Shown here piece by piece: positions 38,974 to 50,067 of a stretch of 64,000 bases of DNA. The notes beneath the pieces are model-generated. The model had not been told where the DNA came from. It searched no databases and saw only the letters and a program-made list of their open reading frames with translations. A program made the position numbers and the translations under genes. The stretch covers positions 448,001-512,000 of the forward strand of contig CAWGMA010000003.1 of assembly GCA_963823555.1 (NCBI GenBank), written 5' to 3'. Origin of the DNA: Candidatus Eiseniibacteriota bacterium (GTDB taxonomy: Bacteria > Eisenbacteria > RBG-16-71-46 > CAVPCR01). Position 1 is the first letter of the stretch; each line of letters opens with the position of its first letter.

Positions 38974-40121
38974 GGGTCGTTTCTCCGCGCCACGGCGCCG
39001 CTGACTCTCTCGAGCGCCATCTCGATCTCGGCCCGTGCCGCGGCATCCTCCTCGCTGGCCGCGCGCCGGGCGAGGAGCGCGCGGTCCGCACGCTCCCCCC
39101 GCCGTTCGAGCCCCCATGCCGCATGGGCCCGGACCAGCGGCTCCCGGTGCTCGAGCCCGAGCCGGAGCGCTGGGCCGGCATCCCCGGTCGTGGCATTGCC
39201 GAGCGCCACCATCACGTTGCGCAGGAACCCCGCGTAGCGCGGCGCGGCGCAGGTTGGAACCGCGCGTGCGGTCGGCGAACTCTTCCGGCCCCAGCCGCGC
39301 CAGATCGGCGAGACGTGGGGTCGACATGCCCCGGACGCGGCGCATAGGCAGGATCTGCGCTCGGCCGCGCAAACTTGTTCCAGGGGCAGACGTCCTGGCA
39401 GACGTCGCAGCCGAAGATCCAGTCGCCCATCGCCGTGCGCGAGCTCGCGCGGGATCGGACCGCGATGCTCGATCGTGAGGTAGGAGATGCAGCGGCGTGA
39501 GTCGACGACAGTGGGGGCGACGATGGCGCCGGTCGGGCAGGCATCGATGCAACGCGTGCAGGTTCCGCAGTGGTCGGTGGCCGGTGGATCGGGCTCGAGC
39601 TCCACGTCGAGGAGGATCTCGGCGAGGAAGAACCAGGAGCCGTGGCCGCGCCGGATCACGTTGGCGTGCTTTCCGACCCAGCCCACACCGGCGGCGTGCG
39701 CCCACGCCTTCTCGAGCACGGGGCCGGTGTCGACATAGGGATGAACGTCGATTCCGGAGCGAGCCGCGACCAATCGCGCGCTGAGCCGGCGCAGCTGCCG
39801 GCCGATCTCCCGGTGATAGTCGCCGCCCCATGCATAGCGCGAGATGCGGCCGGCGCCCGGAGTCGGTTCGTGGCGCGCGGGGTGATCGTAGTTGACGGCG
39901 AGCGAGACCACCGTGCGCGTCCCCGGCCGCACGCGCCGCGGATCGCGCCGTCGCGCGGGATCGCGGGCCAGCCAGGCCATGGTGCCGTGATAGCGCCGGG
40001 CGAGCCATGACTCCAGTCCGGCGCGCTCGCCGAGATCCGTGGCCAGGGCGAACCCGACCGCCGAGAATCCCTCTTCCAGCGCCAGTCCCCGGATCGCCGA
40101 CTTCAGTCGATGACCGATCAT
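38970..40121 (-). CDS. queG: Epoxyqueuosine reductase, with three apparent +1 frameshifts
   Basis: [57 protein letters not shown] lies in a second frame. Confidence 0.93.
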   Translation of the reverse strand: MIGHRLKSAIRGLALEEGFSAVGFALATDLGERAGLESWLARRYHGTMAWLARDPARRRDPRRVRPGTRTVVSLAVNYDHPARHEPTPGAGRISRYAWGGDYHREIGRQLRRLSARLVAARSGIDVHPYVDTGPVLEKAWAHAAGVGWVGKHANVIRRGHGSWFFLAEILLDVELEPDPPATDHCGTCTRCIDACPTGAIVAPTVVDSRRCISYLTIEHRGPIPRELAHGDGRLDLRLRRLPGRLPLEQVCAAERRSCLCAASGACRPHVSPIWRGWGRKSSPTARAVPTCAAPRYAGFLRNVMVALGNATTGDAGPALRLGLEHREPLVRAHAAWGLERRGERADRALLARRAASEEDAAARAEIEMALERVSGAVARRNDP

Positions 40122-40203
40122 GGCGGCATTCTAGCAAGGCGTGGTATGCTCCCATGCGCTCGGAGTTTTCCCTCTGGAAGTCCCTCCTGTGAGGTCGGTT
40201 CCG

Positions 40204-41219
40204 GTGATCATTCTCGGCATCGAGACATCGTGCGACGACACGTCGGCGGCGGTGGTCAACGACGAGTTCGCGATCCTCTCGAACGTGGTCGCGTCGCAGG
40301 AGGATCACGCCGCCTTCGGAGGGGTCGTTCCCGAGCTGGCCTCGCGCGCCCATACGCGTCTCGATCGTCCCCGTGGTGCGCCTCGCCCTCGACGCGCGCC
40401 GGCCATTCGCTCGATTCGATCAACGGGGTCGCCGTCACCTATGGCCCGGGCTTGCTCGGATCGCTCCTGGTCGGGGTGAGCATGGCCAAGGCGCTCGCCT
40501 ACGGAGCCGGGCTACCGCTCGTCGGTGTCAATCACCTCGAAGGGCACTTGTGGTCGGCGCTGCATGTCGAGCCCACGCTGCTCTCATTGCCTTTCCTTGC
40601 CCTCATCGCCTCCGGCGGGCATTCCGAGATCGTGCTCGTGAAGAGCTTCGAGGACTACGACCATCTGGGCGGTACGCAGGACGATGCTGCGGGCGAGGCC
40701 TTCGACAAGGTGGCCAAGCTGCTCGGTCTCGGCTATCCCGGGGGGCCGGAAGTCGAACGGCTCGCGCGCGAGACGAACGGGAGCGGGACTCTTTCCTTTC
40801 CCATCGCATCGACCGATGGGCGGTACGACCTGAGCTTCTCCGGACTCAAGACCGCCGTGCGCCAGCACCTGATCAGCCGCCCGCCCACGACGGACGCCGA
40901 ACGCGCCGCCGTGGCTTTCGCTTTCCAGGAAGCCGTCACCCTGGCTCTCTCTTCCCGCGTCCTGAGCGCGCTCGATGACCATCCGGTCGAGCATGTGGTC
41001 CTCTGCGGCGGCGTGGCGCGCAACGGACGGCTGCGTTCCCATCTCGGCGATGTTCTCGGAAAGCGACATGTCCACCTCATCGTGCCCCCGGCCGAGCTCT
41101 GCACGGACAACGCCGCGATGATCGGGTTCGTCGGGTCGCTCCTCCTGAAGAGCGGCCGTCGCGCGCCGATGGCGCTCGCTGCCGCCGCCAGCCTGGAAGA
41201 GGCGGGCTGGAAGGTCTAG
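40204..41219 (+). CDS. tsaD: tRNA t6A37 threonylcarbamoyltransferase, with two apparent +1 frameshifts
   Basis: [11 protein letters not shown] and [12 protein letters not shown] in one frame; GPGL, HLEGH, SGGH, GEAFDK, TDNAAMI in another. Confidence 0.95.
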
Positions 41220-41472
41220 CCGCCGCCTTTCGCGCTTGAGTCCGCCTGCGTTCGAGCCGATCTCTTGGTCGACGCTTGTTACCGGGATCGAGCGCGCCGG
41301 GCGGTTCCGACGCGGCCGCTTCCGGCATGCACGGCTGCAGGCGGTCCAGCGCAGTTTGCAGTGGGTACTGCAATCTGCATGAGGATCGCGGTCGCCAGAG
41401 GGGCCGGCCTCCCGCGCCGCCAGCCAACACGTTGCTGCGAAGCGGACTAGGTTCGACCGCCACCCCTCCGCC

Positions 41473-41488
41473 TGGCACGCAAGTTGCC
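41473..41488 (+). promoter_or_regulatory. Sigma54 (-24/-12) promoter
   Basis: TGGCACGCAAGTTGCC matches TGGCACG-N4-TTGC. Confidence 0.8.
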
Positions 41489-41580
41489 CCTCCATCGCCT
41501 GCAAGGCGTGGCCCAAGCGTCACCTCGTCTGAATTGCCGCACACGTCGGCCGCGACCACCAGTGGAGCACAGCCCGAGTC

Positions 41581-42586
41581 ATGGGTGAACATGTGAAGGT
41601 CGAGGTCACCGAGCCGCAGGCCATTCATGGCCACGAGATCCTGATCGTCGACGACGAGCCCTTCTTCCGTCGGAGTCTCGGCCTCGAGCTCGAGCGCCAC
41701 GGATACCGGGTGCGCACGGCGGCGAGCGGGGAAGATGCGATCGAGGCGATCCAGCAGCACCAGCCAGATCTCATCCTTCTCGACATGCGGATGCCGGGAA
41801 TCGACGGCACCGAGGTCTGCCGCCTCATCAAGCGTTCGTCGCGCACGTCGGCGATCCCGGTCATCATGCTGACCGTGGTCGACGGGCTTGATCGAGAAGG
41901 TCGCCGCCCTGCAGTGCGGAGCCAATGACTACCTGATCAAGGGTGTCTATGGCTTGAGCGAGCTGCACGCCCGCATCAAGAACGCGCTCGACCTGCGCGA
42001 TCTGAACCGGGATGCCAGCCCGCTGACGCAGCTGCCGGGAAACGCCGAGATCGAGCGCCAGCTCCGCCAGCGAGTGGCAAGCCGGGTGTCCTTCGCATTC
42101 CTCAACATCGACATCGACGACTTCAAGGCCTACAACGATCTCTACGGCCACCTGCAGGGCGACCGGCTGATCCTGGTCACAGCCCAGCTCCTGAAGCGCT
42201 GTCTCGACGAGCATCTGGATGAAACCGCATTCCTCGGTCATGTCGGCGGTGATGACTTCATCATGATGTGCGCTCCGGAGCGGGCGCCCGCGCTCGCCAA
42301 TGTCATCATCCAGCAGTTCGACTCCATGGTCGCCGAATACATCGGGCCGCGCGAGCAGAAGCGCGGGTTCATCGAAGTTCAGGGGAGAACGGGGAAGCTG
42401 GAGCGTCACCGGTTGACGAGTCTCACCGTGGCCGGGGTGGGGATGCCGGGACAGGTGTTCGATCACGTGGGGGAGGTGAGTTCGCGGGCGGCCGAGCTCA
42501 AGCGCGTGGCCAAGGCGCGGGCGCGCCGCGGCGAGCGCGGAGCGGGAAGCCTGGTGGTCTGGGATCGTCGCACAACCATGCCGTGA
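41581..42586 (+). CDS. Response regulator/diguanylate cyclase (REC-GGDEF), frameshift at about 41888
   Basis: IVDDE, LLDMRMPGIDG; then GANDYLIK, SPLTQLPGN, FKAYNDLYG, GHVGGDDF in the next frame. Confidence 0.9.
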
Positions 42587-43464
42587 TGCCCTTGATCTGG
42601 TGGTTCGGAGCGGGGGCGGCGCTCGGCGCCGCGATGGCCGTGGGGCTCGAGAGGTCCCGCTCCCGGGCGGCGCGTGCCAGCGCCGCGGTGTTGACCGGGT
42701 CGACCGGGGTTCTGGAGCAGGGTCTCGGCCTCGCCGAGCTCGAGCAGATGCGGCGAGAACGAGCAGCCGATCGCCGCCGGACCCGGCGCGCGCACCGGGT
42801 GGCGCGGCGCGCCGAGCGTCTCATGGGCATGGTGCGATGCCTGGCCGGGGCTGGACTCGATGAGCTCGCCCTGCGCAGCGTGCGCGCCGCGATCGACGAC
42901 TTCGCGGCGGAAACTGCCTCATTCTGGGTCTTCGCCGGAAGGCGAGCGACCCTGGTGGCCAGCACCGGCCGCCGCAACATCCCCCCGGCCATCCCGGTGT
43001 GGCCCGAGGCCACGAGAGAGGGTCTGCCGCCGCGGGTGTCCGCAGACGGTCGGATGCACTATCTCTTGCTCCGGAACGAGCTCCGGGTCCCGGTCGGTTG
43101 TCTGGCGGTCGGGTTCGATTCCCCGCGCTCCCGGCGCCCCGCCGGGCTCGAGACCTATGCCGCGATCCTGGGGCCTTTCCTGGCGGCTGAGCTCGGCCGG
43201 CCGGCGGCGGAAGCCGAGGGCTTCGCGGACCCGACGTGCCTCTCGCCGCTTGAGACGGCGGGCGTCGTGCCGAAAAGAATAGAAGGGTGCCGGAACCCGA
43301 CCGGAGTCATCCGCGGCGGGAATGCAGGACCAGAAGGGCAACCACGGGAGATCGGAAGAGGGAGGACGCCATGGCAAAGGGCAAGGTCCTCGTCGTCGAT
43401 GACGAGGTTTACATCGTCCACATCCTGGACTTCAGCCTCAGGATGGAAGGATACGAGGTGGTGA
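42586..43464 (+). CDS. Hypothetical membrane-anchored protein with a possible degenerate GAF-like region; 3' end uncertain
   Basis: TGATG coupling to the cyclase; N-terminal TM; runs 94 nt into the next gene. Confidence 0.5.
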   Translation: MPLIWWFGAGAALGAAMAVGLERSRSRAARASAAVLTGSTGVLEQGLGLAELEQMRRERAADRRRTRRAHRVARRAERLMGMVRCLAGAGLDELALRSVRAAIDDFAAETASFWVFAGRRATLVASTGRRNIPPAIPVWPEATREGLPPRVSADGRMHYLLLRNELRVPVGCLAVGFDSPRSRRPAGLETYAAILGPFLAAELGRPAAEAEGFADPTCLSPLETAGVVPKRIEGCRNPTGVIRGGNAGPEGQPREIGRGRTPWQRARSSSSMTRFTSSTSWTSASGWKDTRW

Positions 43465-43769
43465 CGGCGCTCGACGGCGAGCAAGCGCTCGAGAAGGTGA
43501 AGAGCGAACGCCCCGACCTCATCGTGCTCGACATCATGATGCCGAAGCTCGATGGCTACGACACCTGCAAGCGGCTCAAGGCCAGCCAGGACACGCGGGA
43601 CATCCCGGTGATCCTCCTGTCGGCGAAGGGGCGGAACGTCGATCAGCGCATGGGATTCGAGGCCGGGGCCGACGACTACATCACGAAGCCGTTCAGTCCA
43701 CGCAAGCTGGTGGAGAAGATCAACTCGATTCTCGCCCAGCCGACCCGCCGCCAGGACGCGGCGGCCTAG
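43371..43769 (+). CDS. Single-domain response regulator
   Basis: VLVVDDE, LDIMMPKLDG, ILLSAK, DDYITKPF; GGAGG RBS. Confidence 0.93.
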   Translation: MAKGKVLVVDDEVYIVHILDFSLRMEGYEVVTALDGEQALEKVKSERPDLIVLDIMMPKLDGYDTCKRLKASQDTRDIPVILLSAKGRNVDQRMGFEAGADDYITKPFSPRKLVEKINSILAQPTRRQDAAA

Positions 43770-43905
43770 TTCTTCCTCCCGGGCGGCGCCGCTCCTCGGC
43801 GCCGCCGGTCTCCCGAGGGGTGCGCGCTTGCTTCTCGCCGAAGCGGGCGCGCGCCTGCTTGCCTGCCCGGTGCAGCCAGAGCGGGCGTGTGCTACGAATG
43901 GGTGC

Positions 43906-46146
43906 ATGCGCCAGCACCGCCGGCCGACCCCAACCGCCGAATCGTCCTCTGCCGCTTCACCCCTCGTGGCGGTGGCGGTGCCGGTCGGAATCGATCGCAC
44001 CTTCGTCTACGCGGTTCCCAGCGATCTCGCCGCGCGCGCCGTGCCCGGGGCGCGCGTCGAAGTCCCTTTCCGGCGGCGGATCCTGACCGGGGTCATCGTG
44101 GCCCCAGCCTCCCACCGCCCAGCTGGGTCGCGCCTCCTTTCGCTCCGCGCCGTGCTCGACACCGAGCCCGCGCTCTCCCCCGAGCTCCTGGATTTCACGC
44201 GCTGGGTCGCCGATTACTATGCGGCACCGTGGGGGGAGGTGCTGCGTGCCGCGTTGCCGCAGGCAGTGGCGCCGGTCAAGCGCCGCCGCGGCAAGACGGA
44301 AGGGGAAGCGCTGGAGCCCGCCGGAGACGACCCCGGCGCAGTCCAAATCCGGGTGGACCCCGACGGCAAGACGCCCGTGCCTCCATCTCCACGCCCCGTG
44401 CTCACCCCGGAACAGCAGCGCGCCCTGGCTCACATCGAGCAGCGGCTTGGCGCCGGGGACTTCCGGGTCGTGCTCGTGCGCGGGGTGACGGCCAGTGGCA
44501 AGACCGAGGTCTACGTGCGGGCGGCCGAGAGCGCGCTCGAGAAGGGCGGTCAGGTTCTCGTTCTGGTTCCCGAGATCGGGCTCTCGGTGCAGCTCGTGGA
44601 CCGCTTCGTGGCGCGGCTCGGGGACCAGGTCGCGGTGCTCCATTCGGCCCTCACCGCGGCCGAGCGCCGGCGCCAGTGGGAGCGGGTCCGCGGCCGCGGG
44701 CTCCCGGTCGTGGTCGGCGCTCGTTCCGCCGTCTTTGCCCCGCTCGACCATCTGGCGCTCGTCATCGTGGACGAGGAGCACGAGGGGGCGTTCAAGCAGG
44801 ATGAGGTGCCGCGCTACCACGCGCGCGACGCCGCGGTCATGCGCGGGCGGATGAGCCATGCGCTCGTCATTCTCGGCTCGGCGACCCCGAGCCTCGAGAG
44901 CGCCTACAATGCGGCCCGCGGTCGCTACGACCTGCTCACGCTCGATCAGCGAGTTGACGCGCGACCACTGCCGGTGGTGACGATCGCCGACATGCGGCAG
45001 ATCCAGGAGGAGGCGAGAGCGTCTCGTCTCGCGGCCCGCGCTGAAGCTCGCGCGGCCCGTGCCGAAGCTCGCGCGGCCGCCGAAGCTCGCGCGGCCGATG
45101 TCGTTCCCGGGTCTCCTCGATCCTCCGCGCCCCACACCGCCCCCGAACTCCCGCCCACGATCTCACCGCTCCTCGGCGCCGCCCTGGGTCGCGTTCTCGA
45201 ACGGGGGGAGCAGGCCATCCTCTTCGTGCACCGCCGTGGCCATTCGAGCTTCGTCCAGTGCACGGAGTGCGGCGAGGCCGCCCGCTGCCCATCGTGCGCG
45301 GTCGCGCTCAGCTATCACGCTGTCGGCTACCTCCTGCGTTGCCATCACTGCAATCTACGCCGGCGCGCGCCCGAACGCTGTCCGAGCTGCGACGGAACAC
45401 GATTCTGGTACGGAGGGGTCGGTACGCAGCGCGTCGAAGCCGAGATCCGCCGCCTCTACCCGAGCGCTCGCATTCTCCGCATGGATCTCGATTCGACGCG
45501 GCGACGCGGGGCCCATCGCGACATGATCGAATCCTTCGCCCGGCGCGAGGCCGATGTCCTGCTCGGGACGCAGATGGTGGCGAAGGGACTCGACTTCCCC
45601 GAGGTCAGCCTGGTCGGGGTGGTGAGTGCCGATACGCTGCTCAATCTCCCCGACTTCCGGGCCGGCGAGCGTTCCTTCCAGCTCCTGACCCAGGTCGCCG
45701 GCCGCGCCGGCCGCGGCCCGGCCGGTGGCGAGGTCATCATCCAGACCTTCCTCCCGGATCATCCATCGGTGATCGCGGCGGCGACCCACGATTTCGGCGC
45801 CTTCTACGCCGCGGCCATCGCCGAGCGCGAGGAGCTCGGATACCCGCCCTGCGGCGCGATGGCCCGCTTTCACCTCGATGGCCCGGAGGAAGAGCCCGTG
45901 GTCGAGGCCGCCGACGCCCTCCGCGCGGCGATCGGGGAGATGCCTTCCGATCTCACGGTGCTGGGCCCGGCTCCGCTACCCCTGCGCCGGCTTCGAGGGC
46001 GGGAGCGGTGGCATGTCACGCTTCTCGGGCGGGAACGGCGGCGCGTGCACGCGGAGGCGCGGCGGGCTCATGACCGGATGCTCGCCAGAGGGCTCCCCAG
46101 CCGGGTCCGGCTCCAGCTCGACCTGGATCCCGTCCACCTGCTCTGA
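43906..46146 (+). CDS. priA: Primosomal protein N'
   Basis: GVTASGKTEVY, VDEEH, SATPS, four CxxC pairs, GTQMVAKGLDF, QVAGRAGR. Confidence 0.96.
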   Translation: MRQHRRPTPTAESSSAASPLVAVAVPVGIDRTFVYAVPSDLAARAVPGARVEVPFRRRILTGVIVAPASHRPAGSRLLSLRAVLDTEPALSPELLDFTRWVADYYAAPWGEVLRAALPQAVAPVKRRRGKTEGEALEPAGDDPGAVQIRVDPDGKTPVPPSPRPVLTPEQQRALAHIEQRLGAGDFRVVLVRGVTASGKTEVYVRAAESALEKGGQVLVLVPEIGLSVQLVDRFVARLGDQVAVLHSALTAAERRRQWERVRGRGLPVVVGARSAVFAPLDHLALVIVDEEHEGAFKQDEVPRYHARDAAVMRGRMSHALVILGSATPSLESAYNAARGRYDLLTLDQRVDARPLPVVTIADMRQIQEEARASRLAARAEARAARAEARAAAEARAADVVPGSPRSSAPHTAPELPPTISPLLGAALGRVLERGEQAILFVHRRGHSSFVQCTECGEAARCPSCAVALSYHAVGYLLRCHHCNLRRRAPERCPSCDGTRFWYGGVGTQRVEAEIRRLYPSARILRMDLDSTRRRGAHRDMIESFARREADVLLGTQMVAKGLDFPEVSLVGVVSADTLLNLPDFRAGERSFQLLTQVAGRAGRGPAGGEVIIQTFLPDHPSVIAAATHDFGAFYAAAIAEREELGYPPCGAMARFHLDGPEEEPVVEAADALRAAIGEMPSDLTVLGPAPLPLRRLRGRERWHVTLLGRERRRVHAEARRAHDRMLARGLPSRVRLQLDLDPVHLL

Positions 46147-46279
46147 CCCCCGGCCGCCCATTGCATCTTCGCCGGCCCGCCCGTGCGCCGTGCATGTCCA
46201 GGGCTTCGGCGGCCCCCGTCATCGAGCCCATTAGTCATTTATTGATAACATATTACAAGATCACAAGAGGGAGGCACAG

Positions 46280-46468
46280 AGCATGCGATAGGGGTCTCTC
46301 GCCTGGCTCACCACCCGCTGCCGCTGCCCCCCCTGGCGAGCTGCTCCGGGTCCAAGGCGAACTAGCGAGTCGGCTCCAGCCGCGCGTGCGCGGCGGCCGC
46401 GGGAGGTTCGACTCGCCGGGCACGAGAGGCCGGGATCCCTCTCCCCCTGGGATCCCGGCCTGCTTCTT
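46280..46468 (+). ncRNA. Candidate structured small RNA (unassigned; 6S-like size)
   Basis: Long imperfect rod 46293-46431, AT-rich upstream patch, terminator at 3' end. Confidence 0.35.
46427..46468 (+). terminator. Intrinsic terminator
   Basis: Perfect 13-bp stem AGGCCGGGATCCC/GGGATCCCGGCCT followed by GCTTCTT. Confidence 0.7.
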
Positions 46469-46549
46469 GACCCCCGCTGCTCAGGCTAGGGGTCCATCCT
46501 CCTCGCGCCACTCCCCTCGGGGCCCGGCCGGCGCCCGCCGCCGGCGAGG

Positions 46550-46579
46550 TTGACGGCCCGGGTCGGAAGCGCCTAGGCT
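46550..46579 (+). promoter_or_regulatory. Sigma70 promoter upstream of small ORF and ilvC
   Basis: TTGACG-18bp-TAGGCT. Confidence 0.55.
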
Positions 46580-46610
46580 TTTCACGTCCCGCCCCGCGCG
46601 TACCGTCGTC

Positions 46611-46664
46611 CTCGATCTCCCGCGTGGACTCGATCTCCCGCGTGGACTCGATCTCCCGCGTGGA
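46611..46664. repeat. Three perfect 18-bp tandem repeats CTCGATCTCCCGCGTGGA
   Basis: Directly visible, intergenic. Confidence 0.97.
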
Positions 46665-46745
46665 AATGTCACCTTTCGTCGAAGGCGGCTGGGCTTCTCT
46701 GCGCCGGCTTGCAAGGAACAGAGCTCTCCGCCGAGCTGGATCAAC

Positions 46746-47006
46746 ATGACAAGCGTTCGCATCGACATGAATGAACACGATCTCGTCCAGGTGAAGATCT
46801 TCGAGGCGCCGATGGATGCCTTGCAGTCGCTCGAGGAGAAGATCAACGCCTGGCTCCGCGACAACCGCGAGGCGCGGCTCGAGCGAGTGCAGTTCAACAC
46901 GATCGAGACCAAGCGCGCGGTGGTCATTCTCTGGTACCTGTCGTCGACGCGCGCCTCGAGGGGCGTGGGTTTTGGCAGCGAGAAAGCCGCAACCAATCGC
47001 GACTAG
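46746..47006 (+). CDS. Small hypothetical protein
   Basis: Protein-like composition (QVKIF...LEEKINAWL), good codon usage. Confidence 0.7.
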   Translation: MTSVRIDMNEHDLVQVKIFEAPMDALQSLEEKINAWLRDNREARLERVQFNTIETKRAVVILWYLSSTRASRGVGFGSEKAATNRD

Positions 47007-47048
47007 CACGGCGTTCGCGTTTCAAGTCGCCGCCTCCTGGGGAGAGGC

Positions 47049-48053
47049 ATGAGCCTTGCCATCCTCTGGGAAGGGGACATCGATCCGGCGCCCCTCCATG
47101 ATCTGAAGGTCGGCATCCTCGGCTACGGGAATCAGGGTCGCGCGCAGGCGCAGAACCTCCGCGATTCAGGTGTCCGCGTCGAGGTGGGGCTCCGGGCCGG
47201 GAGCGCCTCGAGCGAACGGGCCGCGGCCGATGGGATCGCGACCGCGTTACCGGAGGATGTGGTTCGCTGGGCCGACGTCGTGATGCTGCTCGTTCCCGAC
47301 GAACAGCAGCCGGCGCTGCTCGCGGATCTCGCCAGCGCCTGGGTGGATGGCGGCCGGGGCAAGGCGATCGGATTCGCGCACGGGTTCAACTTGACCTACG
47401 GACGCGTCCGTCTGCCATCCGCGGTCCAGGTCTTTCTCGTCGCCCCCTGCGCCCCGGGCGAGCAGCTGCGCGAGGCGTTCCTGCGGGGCGGCGGGGTCTT
47501 TGCCTACGCGGCGGTGGCGGGGGATTCCGGCCGTGGAACCCTGGATCTCGCTCTCGCCTATGCGCGCGCTCTCGGCTGCGCGCGCGCGGGAGTGCTGGTC
47601 ACCACCTTTCGCGACGAGACCGAAGTGGATCTCTTCGGAGAGCAGGCCGTGCTCTGCGGGGGCATGCACGCGTTGCTCACCGCGGCGTTCGACACCCTGG
47701 TGGCGGCGGGGTATCCGCCGGAGATGGCGTACCTCGAGTGCCAGGACCAGCTGGTGTGGCTTGCGGCGACCGTGCACGACCACGGGATCGCCGGGACGCG
47801 ACGGCGGATCAGCTCGACCGCGCTCTATGGCGATCTGAGCCGTGGCCCGCGCATCGTCAGCGAGGGGGTGCGGAAGGTGCTGGCGGAACTGCTCGCCGAG
47901 ATTCGCTCGGGCGAGTTCGCGCGCGAGTTCGAAGGGGAGATGGCGTCGGGGGGGGAGCGGGTCCGCAGCGCGCTCGCCGGCGCCGATACCCACTCGATGG
48001 AGGAGGTCGGCCGACGGCTGCGCAGAGCGCGTGGGGCCTCAGGCTCCGCCTGA
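47049..48053 (+). CDS. ilvC: Ketol-acid reductoisomerase
   Basis: [47 protein letters not shown]. Confidence 0.95.
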   Translation: MSLAILWEGDIDPAPLHDLKVGILGYGNQGRAQAQNLRDSGVRVEVGLRAGSASSERAAADGIATALPEDVVRWADVVMLLVPDEQQPALLADLASAWVDGGRGKAIGFAHGFNLTYGRVRLPSAVQVFLVAPCAPGEQLREAFLRGGGVFAYAAVAGDSGRGTLDLALAYARALGCARAGVLVTTFRDETEVDLFGEQAVLCGGMHALLTAAFDTLVAAGYPPEMAYLECQDQLVWLAATVHDHGIAGTRRRISSTALYGDLSRGPRIVSEGVRKVLAELLAEIRSGEFAREFEGEMASGGERVRSALAGADTHSMEEVGRRLRRARGASGSA

Positions 48054-48121
48054 GGTCGGGGGCCGACGTGGGGTCCCGGGTTCCGGCCCGCCGGTACCCC
48101 GGCGCCGGGCAACCCGAGGAC

Positions 48122-48151
48122 TTGACAGGGGCAAAGAAGCACGACTAGACT
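48122..48151 (+). promoter_or_regulatory. Sigma70 promoter of rho
   Basis: TTGACA-18bp-TAGACT. Confidence 0.7.
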
Positions 48152-48387
48152 GCCGGCTGAAGACGGGTTCCCGGCCATCCCGCTCGGTCTCTTCCAGCAT
48201 CGAAGCTTGCTCTTCACCAGACCAGCGTGAGCCGCAGGACTCGGATACCTACCCCGGCTTCGCCCGTCCTCCCGACCCGAGCCGTCGGTCGCGGTCTTCC
48301 GACTCGATTCCTTGCCCAAGCGCATCCACATCTGCGCCCCGCGGCTCATACCCCCGGTCATGCCAATGGCTGGGAGACAGAACTCAA

Positions 48388-49716
<1,329 letters not shown>

Positions 49717-49802
49717 GGCCCGCCCCGGGCTGCTTTCGGGCCCCGCGCCGACGCCAGAATCCAGTACAATATCCCGGTTCCCTGTTCGCCAAGGAGAGGA
49801 CC

Positions 49803-50045
49803 ATGAAGAAGGGTATCCACCCCGACTATCACCCGGTGAAGATCACCTGCCTGTGTGGCAACGTGATCGAGACCCGGGCAACAACCAAGGACATCCGCGT
49901 CGAGATCTGCTCGAACTGCCACCCGTTCTTCACGGGCCGGCAGAAGCTGGTCGATACCGCCGGCCGTGTCGATCGCTACCGGCGCCGCTATGGGACCGAT
50001 ACCACGAAGACGGCCGCCGACGCGGCAGCCCCGAGCGAGGGCTAG
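49803..50045 (+). CDS. rpmE: 50S ribosomal protein L31 (zinc-binding type)
   Basis: [24 protein letters not shown]. Confidence 0.98.
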   Translation: MKKGIHPDYHPVKITCLCGNVIETRATTKDIRVEICSNCHPFFTGRQKLVDTAGRVDRYRRRYGTDTTKTAADAAAPSEG

Positions 50046-50067
50046 GGCCGCGCGCGGCCTCGAGATC

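Noticed and set aside
42100..42260. Hypr-type GGDEF making 3',3'-cGAMP
   Set aside because: The guanine-specifying Asp is retained (YGHLQGD), not replaced by Ser or Thr.
46283..46365. ilv attenuator leader peptide
   Set aside because: Needs an unobserved extra base, lacks Ile/Val/Leu runs, and a separate promoter lies between it and ilvC.
46399..46420. GGTTCGACTC looks like a tRNA or tmRNA T-loop (tRNA-Sec considered because selB is in the window)
   Set aside because: Flanks GGAGG and CGCCG do not form a T-stem; no acceptor stem, anticodon arm or CCA end.
46611..46664. CRISPR array
   Set aside because: Repeats are contiguous with no spacers, only 18 bp long, and no cas genes are present.
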